From Thermoanaerobaculia bacterium (lineage in GTDB: Bacteria > Acidobacteriota > Thermoanaerobaculia > Multivoradales > Multivoraceae): a DNA stretch of 64,000 nt. Below the pieces are notes generated by a model, which saw only the letters and a list, made by a program, of their open reading frames with translations, did not search any database and was not told the origin of the DNA. The stretch lies in NCBI GenBank assembly GCA_963664405.1, contig OY761158.1:1504001-1568000 (forward strand). The letters run 5' to 3'. Below are positions 40,449 through 49,041 of this stretch, piece by piece (the stretch's first letter is position 1; each line of letters starts with the position of its first letter). A program made the translations under genes and the position numbers.

Positions 40449-40862
40449 TCAGAGGGCCAACACTCGACAGCGCAGTCCTTCGACGCGGCGAAAGTGCTCC
40501 TCTCCCTCCGGGCCGACCAGGACCCCGAAGTCGAGGCTGAGAGCCGTCGCTGCAACGGCCAGGTCGTTGGCAGGAATCAGCTGGCCGCGGCGACTGAGCT
40601 CCGCAAAGAGATCCGCCCAGCGGTCGGCAACAGAGCGGTCGAAGTCGACGATTGGACAGCGCGCCACGATGGCCTCAACGCGAGCTCGGCGCTCGGTGGC
40701 GCGGCTCTCCGTATCGGCCAGGTGTACTCCGACCATGAGCTCAGCGTACACGACCGCAGGGACTACCGCCCCCTCAGATCCCATCGTACCGAGGCCGTCC
40801 TCAAAGGAGCCCTCCGATCGCTCCAGAGCGATCAGGGCGCTGGTGTCGAGCGCGAGGCCCAC
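40449..40862 (-). CDS. vapC: PIN-domain toxin (VapC family)
   Basis: [24 protein letters not shown]. Confidence 0.88.
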   Translation of the reverse strand: MGLALDTSALIALERSEGSFEDGLGTMGSEGAVVPAVVYAELMVGVHLADTESRATERRARVEAIVARCPIVDFDRSVADRWADLFAELSRRGQLIPANDLAVAATALSLDFGVLVGPEGEEHFRRVEGLRCRVLAL

Positions 40863-41116
40863 GGGTTCTCCGGCGGACGATCCGCCCGATTGACTCGCTC
40901 GAGATCGTCTGCCAGCTCGGGGTCAGGCGGCGCTGCCTCGCGCCAGGCGCGCAGCCCCTCTGCCAGGGTAGCCGAGCTGCGGGTAGGGAGTGGGGAAAGC
41001 CGGGCGATCGGTTCCCCGTTTCGCTCCACCACGAACGAATCGCCCCGGTAGCGGATGCGACCGAGAACGTCTCCGAGCTTGCGCGCAAGCTCGGTAGCGC
41101 TGATCGAAGACTCCAT
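40832..41116 (-). CDS. Phd/YefM-family antitoxin
   Basis: [30 protein letters not shown]; directly upstream of and overlapping the toxin. Confidence 0.85.
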   Translation of the reverse strand: MESSISATELARKLGDVLGRIRYRGDSFVVERNGEPIARLSPLPTRSSATLAEGLRAWREAAPPDPELADDLERVNRADRPPENPWASRSTPAP

Positions 41117-41126
41117 CTTGATGTGT

Positions 41127-41154
41127 ATTATACCTAATTACGTAAATTCAACAA
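41127..41154 (-). promoter_or_regulatory. Sigma70-type promoter of the TA operon with a palindromic operator candidate
   Basis: Minus strand TTGTTG-16 nt-TATAAT, 10 nt upstream of the ATG; TTACGTAA palindrome at 41138-41145 in the spacer. Confidence 0.65.
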
Positions 41155-41383
41155 CGACCAGACGGCCTCAGCGAGAGGTGCCCGCGCCGGAGAGAAGCAA
41201 GTCGGCTCGATGATAGCTGCGTGTTTTACAGGCCACGGGGGGCACTGCTACTCTTCCCGACTTGCGCACCCAATTCCCCTGCGAACACCGCATGAGGACG
41301 TCGCCCTCGGAGCTCCCACCTACCGTTCCGGTACTACGACCAGGGAGCTGTGGACTTTAATGGGCTCGTGTCCTGCCAGGCCT

Positions 41384-42253
41384 ATGAGTGCAGGCTCGCG
41401 GCGGATCAGCTTCGCCGGAGCGAGTGTGGAAATCGAGTACGAAGGGGACAGCGCAAGAGAGCTCGTTGACTTCGTCTGCGCCGAGGTCGACACCGACACT
41501 TCGGATTCTCCTGGCACAACGCTGCGCCTGACCACGACTTCTCCCGGCCAGGTTTGTCTTTCTTCTGACGGCAAGAGCATGGCGACAGGGGCTGCCGATG
41601 GACACATGGCGGCCCTCCTTATGGACCAGGTCATTGAGCGTCTCGCGCGCTCCGCGGGCAGCGGGCTCATGTTCCATGCCGCAGCTGTGGCGAGAAGAGG
41701 TAGGGGCGTAATGTTGCCTGGGCAGTCCGGCTGCGGCAAGACCACGCTCGCTGCGTGGTTGGCTGGCGGCTGTTTTGACTGTCTGACCGACGAGTTGGTC
41801 TTGTTGCCACCCGGTGAGCCGTTGGTCGCCGGACTGCCGCGCCCCCTTAAGGTCCGACGCGGCTCGTGGACGTTGTTGGGCCCCCGCACTCGCGGTTGGC
41901 CCCAGCAAAACGAGGGCCTAGTGACGCGCGATGCGCGTCTGATCCACGCGACCGCTCTGAGACCCAGCAACGCGACCGGCACGGTGCCATTGGATCTGAT
42001 CCTTTTCGCGCGCTACGACACTTCGGGAGACAACCGGTTCAGAGAGCTGACGAGTGCACAGGTGGGGTTTCGACTGATGGAGTGCCTCGTCAACGCGCGC
42101 AACCTTGCGGGTCATGGCTTCGGAGAGATCGCCCGTATCGCGCGCTCAGTGCCGGCCTACGAGGTAGGCTACAGCGAGTGCGGGCGCGTAGAAGGTGGAA
42201 TCAAGAAGCGCTTGGCTCGTCTCAGCGCTAGCAGCCCGACAACAACGGAGTAG
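41384..42253 (+). CDS. HprK-related P-loop kinase
   Basis: FHAAAV..GVMLPGQSGCGKTTL..LTDELV..PRPL..VNARN; likely start 41384. Confidence 0.82.
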   Translation: MSAGSRRISFAGASVEIEYEGDSARELVDFVCAEVDTDTSDSPGTTLRLTTTSPGQVCLSSDGKSMATGAADGHMAALLMDQVIERLARSAGSGLMFHAAAVARRGRGVMLPGQSGCGKTTLAAWLAGGCFDCLTDELVLLPPGEPLVAGLPRPLKVRRGSWTLLGPRTRGWPQQNEGLVTRDARLIHATALRPSNATGTVPLDLILFARYDTSGDNRFRELTSAQVGFRLMECLVNARNLAGHGFGEIARIARSVPAYEVGYSECGRVEGGIKKRLARLSASSPTTTE

Positions 42254-42259
42254 TAGACC

Positions 42260-43441
42260 GTGTTTGGACTCGATTACCTGCTCTCCCCCTGTGACGGAGA
42301 AGACTTCCTGAACGACTATTGGGGTCTGAAGGCCCTATACGTGCCCGGAGAGAAGGGCAAGTTCGGGGATCTCTTCGGTTGGGAGGACATCAACCACATC
42401 ATGACCTACGGGCGGATGCGGTACCCGGACGTCAGACTGGTTCAGGAAAAGAATCATCTGCCGCAGGAGGCCCTATCGAAACTCGATCACTGGCTGACCA
42501 AGGGGGCCACGCTGGTCGTCAACTCCATTCAGAGGCTCGATCCTGTCGTCGATCGCTTTGCCTCGGCGCTGGCCAACGAGATGAACTCCCCGATCAACAT
42601 CAACTCCTATACCTCGTGGCCGGCGAAGCAGGGTTTCGACACCCACTACGATCGTCACGATGTTTTCGTGGTTCAGGTCGCCGGTTGCAAAACCTGGACG
42701 GTGGCCGCGCCAACGCATCCTTTCCCCGTCGAACAGGAGGCAGGCCGCCTCGAGCCGCCGCAGGAGCTGGACACCTACTTGGAGTGCGAGCTGAGCGAGG
42801 GAGACGTCCTATACATCCCCAGGGGTCATTGGCACTTCGCGGTGGCCAACACTCCCAGTATCCACCTCACCGTCGGCACATCGCCAAGGACGGGGGTAGA
42901 CTTCCTGACCTGGCTGGCCGAACGGCAGATGGCCCGAGACGACTTCTTTCGCCGGGATCTCCCCCTGCCACGAACCGAGGCCCTGGCGGGGAACCGCCAA
43001 GCGTCGAACCTCGAAGAGCACTGGGACGAGCTGGTGCGGCGTCTACAGAGCCTCTTTGCGGAAGCCGGACTCCGAGAGGAGTTTCTCCAATACTGCATGA
43101 CCCAGAACCGGCCTATCCACTCGCTGCAACTCCCCGAACTGGTGACTCTTCGCGAGGATCTCACCATGGAGACACCCTTCGTCATGGCTCCGGACCAGAA
43201 GGCTCTGGTCGCCTACAAGGGTGATGCGGGCTCGGCGACAGTGACAGTGCGCGGTAAGATAATCAAGTTCGAGAACCTCCCCGAAGGCCTCCTTGATGCG
43301 TTCCTCGAAATAGGGGGCAGAGTGAGCGGAGCCGATCTGCTGGCGGTCTGCCCCGACCTCGAGGTGGAACAAGTAAAGCGGTTCCTCCTCGAAATGTTCG
43401 AAAACGGTATCCTGCGTCTGGCCGAGCCTGCAGTGGGCTGA
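42260..43441 (+). CDS. JmjC/cupin-4 Fe/2OG hydroxylase (ROX-like) with C-terminal winged helix
   Basis: FL..YW, GATLVVN, GFDTHYDRHDVFVVQVAGCKTW, GDVLYIPRGHWH, SIHLT. Confidence 0.9.
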   Translation: MFGLDYLLSPCDGEDFLNDYWGLKALYVPGEKGKFGDLFGWEDINHIMTYGRMRYPDVRLVQEKNHLPQEALSKLDHWLTKGATLVVNSIQRLDPVVDRFASALANEMNSPININSYTSWPAKQGFDTHYDRHDVFVVQVAGCKTWTVAAPTHPFPVEQEAGRLEPPQELDTYLECELSEGDVLYIPRGHWHFAVANTPSIHLTVGTSPRTGVDFLTWLAERQMARDDFFRRDLPLPRTEALAGNRQASNLEEHWDELVRRLQSLFAEAGLREEFLQYCMTQNRPIHSLQLPELVTLREDLTMETPFVMAPDQKALVAYKGDAGSATVTVRGKIIKFENLPEGLLDAFLEIGGRVSGADLLAVCPDLEVEQVKRFLLEMFENGILRLAEPAVG

Positions 43442-43493
43442 GATCCGCGCTGTTCAGATCGTTCGGCGCGCCACCGCCTCCGCGTAGGGCGGC

Positions 43494-44072
43494 TTATGTG
43501 TTGGGTAGAAAGTTGACGGTGACGACGCAGTCGAGGTAACCGGGTGCACTGAAAGTTCCGCTGACACCGGCTTGATCCGCGCCGGCGTCAGTGCCGGGCT
43601 GATATTCGACGTCCTCGAAGACGGCAAGTCCGCCGTCGTTGGTGATCGCATCCTGATCCGAGCCCCCGGGGGGGCCGAAGCCCACGTCGCTCGCGCCGAC
43701 GGCCTTGAAGTCGAGATTGACGGTCACGCCAGCGACAGGCGGGCTGACCGATGCTCGAACTACGTCGATGTCGTGATCTTCACTGAAGACGCCTACGGGC
43801 TCGTTGTGAACTCCTTCATCGAAGGGCGTCGCTTCTCGAATGAAGTCCAGCGTGTACTCACAAGACAGTGAGCCTTCCGGGCTGAATTGAGCGTGAGCCG
43901 GCAGAGAGCCGAGACCGGCCAAGGGCTCTGCCCACCTTTCGGGAACTATCTTCGAGGTTGCCACCGCGCCGCCCGAGATCGCAAGAGCCTTCAGCAGCTT
44001 GCGGCGCGCGCGGGAATGCTTCTCTTCTAACGGGGCTGGTTGGCTCTTCGGATCTCCGGTACGCGTCATCAA
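43494..44072 (-). CDS. Tat-signal protein with a W-x-x-P...LPAHAQ leader and an acidic beta-rich mature domain
   Basis: RRKLLKALAISGGAVATSKIVPERWAEPLAGLGSLPAHAQFS; two Cys near the ends of the mature region; divergent from pqqD. Confidence 0.75.
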   Translation of the reverse strand: MMTRTGDPKSQPAPLEEKHSRARRKLLKALAISGGAVATSKIVPERWAEPLAGLGSLPAHAQFSPEGSLSCEYTLDFIREATPFDEGVHNEPVGVFSEDHDIDVVRASVSPPVAGVTVNLDFKAVGASDVGFGPPGGSDQDAITNDGGLAVFEDVEYQPGTDAGADQAGVSGTFSAPGYLDCVVTVNFLPNT

Positions 44073-44201
44073 CGCTCCTCCATCGACCTAAGTTTTCTCA
44101 AGTGACGAATGGATTGTAGCACGAGGTCTCGGCTCATGCCCGGTACGCGGCACTCACACGATTGTCCGGGCTGGGACGCTCCGCGATAGCATGCCATCAC
44201 C

Positions 44202-44495
44202 ATGGACGGTGCGAGTGTTCCTAAACGGAACGAGGCCCTCAAGGGTGAGCTCCTCGACGACGAGCTACTGCTCTACTACGAGAGTGAGACCCAGATCATT
44301 GCGCTGAATCCGACGGCATCCCTGGTGTGGACGCTGTGCGATGGCGAGCGAAGCTTGGCGACAATCAAAGACCTTCTCGTGGAGGCCTATCCCGATGAAG
44401 CGACTCGAATACCGATAGAGGTGACTTCGATTGTCGAGAAAATGGTGCACATCGGGGCGCTCCAACTGGAGGCCATTTCCGGCAGCGTGCCGTGA
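44202..44495 (+). CDS. Stand-alone PqqD family protein (RiPP recognition element)
   Basis: ELLDDELLLY..IIALNPTASLVWTLCDGERSL..I..L..AYP..V...L. Confidence 0.9.
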   Translation: MDGASVPKRNEALKGELLDDELLLYYESETQIIALNPTASLVWTLCDGERSLATIKDLLVEAYPDEATRIPIEVTSIVEKMVHIGALQLEAISGSVP

Positions 44496-45046
44496 GTCGC
44501 TAAACCGAATAGACCCTGAGCCGCCAAGGCAGAGAAGCTGCCCACCACGCCCAGCTAGCGAGGGTGCTCCTACCGTGCAGAGGGAAGAGAATCTGCTTGT
44601 TGCCGGGCGCCGGCGGCACGAGGCCAAAGACTGCCAACCCGAGAGTCGGGCTTGACCTGTCGATTCCCGGAAGTGTTATTTCATCGAGGACTTCGGCCAA
44701 TCCGAGGTGTCGCTCGCGAACCTCCATCAGACGTAAAGTGAGCTCGAGTGCCACTGCACCGAGGAGCCGCAGGCCCTGCCTGTCCAGCTCATCAAAGTGC
44801 CTACGCCAACGGTGCGCCTCGCCGAAGGCCTCGATCACACGAAGCAGGTCGACGACGGATCGAAGCCGAAGCCGACCTAGCTCGAGATCTTTGATCACGG
44901 TAAGAACCTGAATCAAGAGACTGACTCTGGGCGAAGGCACCGGATAGGTCCAGTGTCTGAGATCCACGTGCTGGTGATCCCTCCAGATGGGATCCACATC
45001 GATCCGCACGCCGTACTCGCGCACGAGCCGCCAATGCTGTTACCGG

Positions 45047-45403
45047 CTACGAGAAAGCGCACTTAGTTGGCTGCGAGTCGGTTTTTTGTCCCCGCGAGGC
45101 GTGACTCAGGGTGTGGCGCAGATAGTCGAGGTACCCCTCGGGGGGTGGCGTCGTGGGGAGTTCTCGGAGGATGGGGAGAAAGTAGGCGAGGGATCGGATG
45201 GGCTGGAGCTTTGGTAGGCGCGGATCTCGGCATGCGCGTCGGGCGGAGCCGAGGAGGAGGGCGGCCTGGAGGACGGTGAGAGGCAGGTCTTGGTCGAAGA
45301 GCTGGTCGACGATGACGCGGTCGCCGTGGTGGAAGCGGTGCGGGGTGTCGGGAAGGAGTCGATAGAGGCGGAGGAGCTGGCGCCGATAGTGGCTTCGGGT
45401 CAT
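45047..45403 (-). CDS. IS-borne hypothetical protein downstream of istB
   Basis: ATGA overlap with istB; helical; motif PIRSLAYFLPIL; stop lies inside the IR. Confidence 0.7.
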   Translation of the reverse strand: MTRSHYRRQLLRLYRLLPDTPHRFHHGDRVIVDQLFDQDLPLTVLQAALLLGSARRACRDPRLPKLQPIRSLAYFLPILRELPTTPPPEGYLDYLRHTLSHASRGQKTDSQPTKCAFS

Positions 45404-46194
45404 GAGCGTCGTCGTGCTGCGCTCCGCCTTTTGGCGCGGTCCTTGGCCTTTTTTTCAGCAGCCTCCTTGGCCTCCTTGCGGCGATAGGAGTTAGCCTCGA
45501 TCTTGACGATCTCGGCGTGGTGGGTGAGTCGATCGACGAGAGTGACGACGCAGGAGGCGTTGGGAAAGACCTCGGCCCATTCGGCGAAGGGCTTGTTGGT
45601 GGTGAGAAGAATGGGCTTGTTGCCGTATCTCCTGGAGACGACCTCGAAGAGGAGATCCGCGTGGCGGTGGTCGTAGGAGAGATAGCCGAGCTCATCGATT
45701 GCCAAAAGCGAGGGTCGGGTGTATTTGGAGAGCCTTCTCTGGAGCGCCGAGGGGGTTTCCTGGACGGCGAGATCGTTGAGCATGTCGGAGGCGGTGACGA
45801 AGCTGGCGGTGGCCCCTCGTTGCAGCGCCTGGTAGAGGAGGTTCTTGGCAATCATGGTCTTGCCGACACCGTTGGGTCCGAGGAGGATGACGTTGGTGAT
45901 GTCGTCGAGGAATTGGAGGGTGAGCAGATCCTGGATCTGCTCGCGGTCGATGCGCTGGGGCCAGGAGAAGTCGAAGTCGGCGATGCTCTTGAAGAGCCCG
46001 ACGCGGCTGGTGCGGATGCGCCGTTCGAGGCTGCGCCGTTTGCGCTCGGCCTCTTCTTTGCGCAGCAGCTGTTCGAGCCAGGGCTGTTCTCGGTAGGTGC
46101 CCCAGTCGTCGACGAGGGCGTAGAAGCCGAGGGATCGGGCGAGCTCTCGTAGTGGTTCGTCAGGGATCGTTGGACTCTTCCTGGGTCGGGCCAT
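45400..46194 (-). CDS. istB: IS21 helper AAA+ ATPase IstB
   Basis: DFDFSW, GPNGVGKT, LAIDELGY, LTTNKPF, DRLTHH, SYR. Confidence 0.95.
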   Translation of the reverse strand: MARPRKSPTIPDEPLRELARSLGFYALVDDWGTYREQPWLEQLLRKEEAERKRRSLERRIRTSRVGLFKSIADFDFSWPQRIDREQIQDLLTLQFLDDITNVILLGPNGVGKTMIAKNLLYQALQRGATASFVTASDMLNDLAVQETPSALQRRLSKYTRPSLLAIDELGYLSYDHRHADLLFEVVSRRYGNKPILLTTNKPFAEWAEVFPNASCVVTLVDRLTHHAEIVKIEANSYRRKEAKEAAEKKAKDRAKRRSAARRRS

Positions 46195-47668
46195 CGTCGT
46201 TGCCTCCAAGTTGGTCGTAGTCCTCGAGGTTGTGCGGTCTCACGGAGAGATCTCGCTGTTGGAGCTCCTGGCTGAGCGGCACCGGTAAAGCCGGGGGCTG
46301 ACCGAGGCCGCGCTGGTGCCGTTCGAGTAGGAGCCGGACGGACTGGAATCGCGGTGCGTGGTTCAGGAGCGCTTCGCGCACGGCTTTGTCGAGTCGCTGG
46401 GGGCCGTACTGGCGCAGGAGTCGGAGCAGGCCGGCGGTCTGCGTTCCGAGGTTCTCGCCTCGCTCGGCGAGCTGCTGCATCAGCTCTTCGCATCGAGGCA
46501 CAGCGGAAAACAGCCGATGGAAGCCCCGGTGTCGTCGGGCCCTGCGTTTGTGAGCGAGGAGCTCCTCGAGGTGTTGAGGATCGAGGATCTGCTCGCCCCG
46601 GGAGTACGAGCGAGGGTGCTCGGCGAGGAGCTCCTGGCCATCGAGGATCCGCACCCGATGCTCGCTGGCGAGGAGCGTGACGGTCCTCTGCACATGACTG
46701 TGCGGCACCGAGTAGTCGTTGAGGTCGAAGCGCACGATCGGCGTCTTTCTGACCTTGATCTCCAGTCGCAGGTCGGTTTCAAAGTCGTCTCCGGGAAGCT
46801 CAAGCAGTCGAGGTCGTTCCTGGGCCAGGGCGCTTTTCACGGTTCGCTGTCGGTCCTGCGGCCAGGGTCTGCGCTGCGACCTCTGGCACCATTCCAGGAC
46901 CTGCCGATTCAGACGATCCAAATCGCTCACCGTTCGGGCGCCGAAGAACGAGCTTCGCAGGAAGCGGATTGCGCGCTCGACGCGGCCTTTCTCATTTCCC
47001 CGAGCCACCGCGGCGACGGTGGGAAGGAAGCCGTAGTGGCTGGCGAAATCGAGCAGCACGGGATGGAAGCGCACCGCGGTTCCCTGCCGCTCGATCACCG
47101 CGGTTCGCAGGTTGTCGTACAGAACGGTCCTGACGACGCCGTCGACGTAGTGGAAGGCCAGCTGGTGAGCGTGCAAGAAGGTTTCGAGACGAGTGTCGAG
47201 GGTGAAGTGCACGAAGACCGTGCGCGAGAACGACAGCACGAAGACGAAGGCATAGAGCCGACGATGTGCCCGGCCGACGCGGAGCCGACCGAAGTGGCCC
47301 CAGTCGACCTGCGCCTGCTCTCCTGGCAGCATGCGCAGCGAGAGAAACGCCTCGCGCTGGGGCTTCGGTCGCATCGAGGCCACCAGGTGGCGAAACTGAT
47401 CCGGGCCTCCTGGATAGCCGCGCTCCACCACCATGGTGTAGAGACGGCTCGCCGGCAGTCGTGGGTAGGTCCCGAGCACCTGCTCGATGAACGGCAGGTA
47501 AGGATCGATCATCCTCCCTCGTCGCTGCTGGGGTAGCACGCCGGACTTCTCCAGCGCCCGGCGCACGGTTGAGGGGTGCAGCTGTAGCTGTCGAGCGATC
47601 GTGCCGACTTTCCACTTCTCGACCAGGAACAGACGACGGATCTCCCCGCGCAGCTGTGCGTCGATCAC
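46160..47668 (-). CDS. istA: IS21 DDE transposase IstA
   Basis: N-terminal HTH, PGEQAQVDWG, YDNL, KGRVERAI, NDYSVP. Confidence 0.95.
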   Translation of the reverse strand: MIDAQLRGEIRRLFLVEKWKVGTIARQLQLHPSTVRRALEKSGVLPQQRRGRMIDPYLPFIEQVLGTYPRLPASRLYTMVVERGYPGGPDQFRHLVASMRPKPQREAFLSLRMLPGEQAQVDWGHFGRLRVGRAHRRLYAFVFVLSFSRTVFVHFTLDTRLETFLHAHQLAFHYVDGVVRTVLYDNLRTAVIERQGTAVRFHPVLLDFASHYGFLPTVAAVARGNEKGRVERAIRFLRSSFFGARTVSDLDRLNRQVLEWCQRSQRRPWPQDRQRTVKSALAQERPRLLELPGDDFETDLRLEIKVRKTPIVRFDLNDYSVPHSHVQRTVTLLASEHRVRILDGQELLAEHPRSYSRGEQILDPQHLEELLAHKRRARRHRGFHRLFSAVPRCEELMQQLAERGENLGTQTAGLLRLLRQYGPQRLDKAVREALLNHAPRFQSVRLLLERHQRGLGQPPALPVPLSQELQQRDLSVRPHNLEDYDQLGGNDDGPTQEESNDP

Positions 47669-47672
47669 GCCC

Positions 47673-48068
47673 CTATCTCCGTCGGCAACGACGAAAGCTC
47701 GTTCGCACAAACTCTCGGCAGGCCTCTCCACACTGCATGCATCGCGGATTCCTCGGGTCGTAGCGCACTTCGCGCCTCGGAGTCTCGATCCGACACAGTG
47801 TCCTCCCCGAAGTACCGCCTGGGGTACCCTGATGCGTCACTTTCTCTGCCCGCTCGCGCTGGCGCCGACGGTAGCGGGCCTGACGGGCGGCATGACAATG
47901 CCGACCTCGGAGGCTTCGCTGGTACCGATGGCCGGCCGCCCGAGTCGATTCCCGACGAGCCACCAGAGCACAAGCCCGGCAGTAACGCTGGCCACGGTCA
48001 CAGTGCGAGCACAGCGAGATACGCCGACGGCATCGAGCACAGTCGAAGAGTCGGTAGTCCGGTCGCAT
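47673..48068 (-). CDS. IS-borne Cys-rich (Zn-ribbon-like), basic hypothetical protein upstream of istA
   Basis: CARC..CSHCDRGQRYC..C..HAARQARYR..CMQC; inside the IRs. Confidence 0.72.
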   Translation of the reverse strand: MRPDYRLFDCARCRRRISLCSHCDRGQRYCRACALVARRESTRAAGHRYQRSLRGRHCHAARQARYRRRQRERAEKVTHQGTPGGTSGRTLCRIETPRREVRYDPRNPRCMQCGEACREFVRTSFRRCRRR

Positions 48069-49041
48069 CGTCGCCTCCCATTCGACGACGACCCCGACTC
48101 TCTGCCATACTGCAAGCGCAGCTAATGCTGCGGTTTGGGGCAGAGCCCGGGGCGTTTTCTACTTCGCTTTCCCGGGCTCTCGCCGTCTCTGGTCGGCCTG
48201 CTCTATCAGAGCAGAGCCCGCACTGCAAAGCCCTACACCGACTCACGCATCTCTTCCGACCGCAAACACGCCGCCGGGACCACGCACCCGGACCGCCGTT
48301 CCGGCGGGATGATGCCGCCCTTCCTGAAGAAGGCCTAGCTTTCCCGCGGTCGCGAAGCCCTCAGCTCACTCCATCCCGGAAACTGCGCTCGCAGCCAACG
48401 GGATGCGCTTTCTCGCAGCCATCAACAAATGCAGCTCGACAGCCCATCGACCCCTGAGATACGTGAAGTGATGGGTAAAGAAACGGCTTAGCGCGCGGCC
48501 CCCAAGAGTCCGAGAGTTACTCTCGAAGCCCCCGACGCGAAGCACCTCTTCGGCGGCAGCAAATGCCTCAGAGTGGACGAGGATGTCGATATCTCCGACA
48601 GTCCTCAGGTCGAGCTCGCCGTAGAACCTGTGAGAGAAGAGAGGTCCCTTGAGGAAGAGATGATCTACCCCGCCGTCGGACAGCGCCTCGGAGATCTCTC
48701 TCATCCGAAGGAGTGCCTGAAGGGCTAGGACTCTCTGATTCCGTCGCGCCCCTTGCAGGGTCGCGCGAACGCCAGGCGGGACGTGTCTCCGGAGCCCATA
48801 CTTGCTGAGCGCCTCTCTTGCAAGCACTGCCAGACCGTGCCTGGAAAAAAAGGAGTTGAGAGCGCCCGACGAGAGACTGCTCTCCTCCAGCCGCGCCACG
48901 AAGGTTTCACGCTCACCTGCAAGTAATGGTGGGATCACCCGCCAGATCTCGCTCTCACTTGCTCCGCGAGGGCTCAGCGCGCCCCTACCGGGTGACGGAC
49001 TTTGAGCCTTTGCTAGCATCCAAGGTGCCCGCTTTCACGAC

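Larger units (their letters stand above)
45038..48427 (-). mobile_element. Complete IS21-family element, 3390 bp, four ORFs
   Basis: TGT..ACA ends; ~40-bp imperfect IRs (TGTTACCGGCTACGAGAAAGCGCACTTAGTTGGCTGCGAG vs TGTTGATGGCTGCGAGAAAGCGCATCCCGTTGGCTGCGAG); AATGC duplication at 45033-37 and 48428-32. Confidence 0.95.
44500..49019 (-). pseudogene. Nucleotidyltransferase family protein interrupted by an IS21 element
   Basis: 5' part 48428..49019 (LKGP, R.VGDIDILV), 3' part 44500..45037. Removing the IS and one AATGC copy restores in-frame VELHWRLVREYGVRID. Confidence 0.9.
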
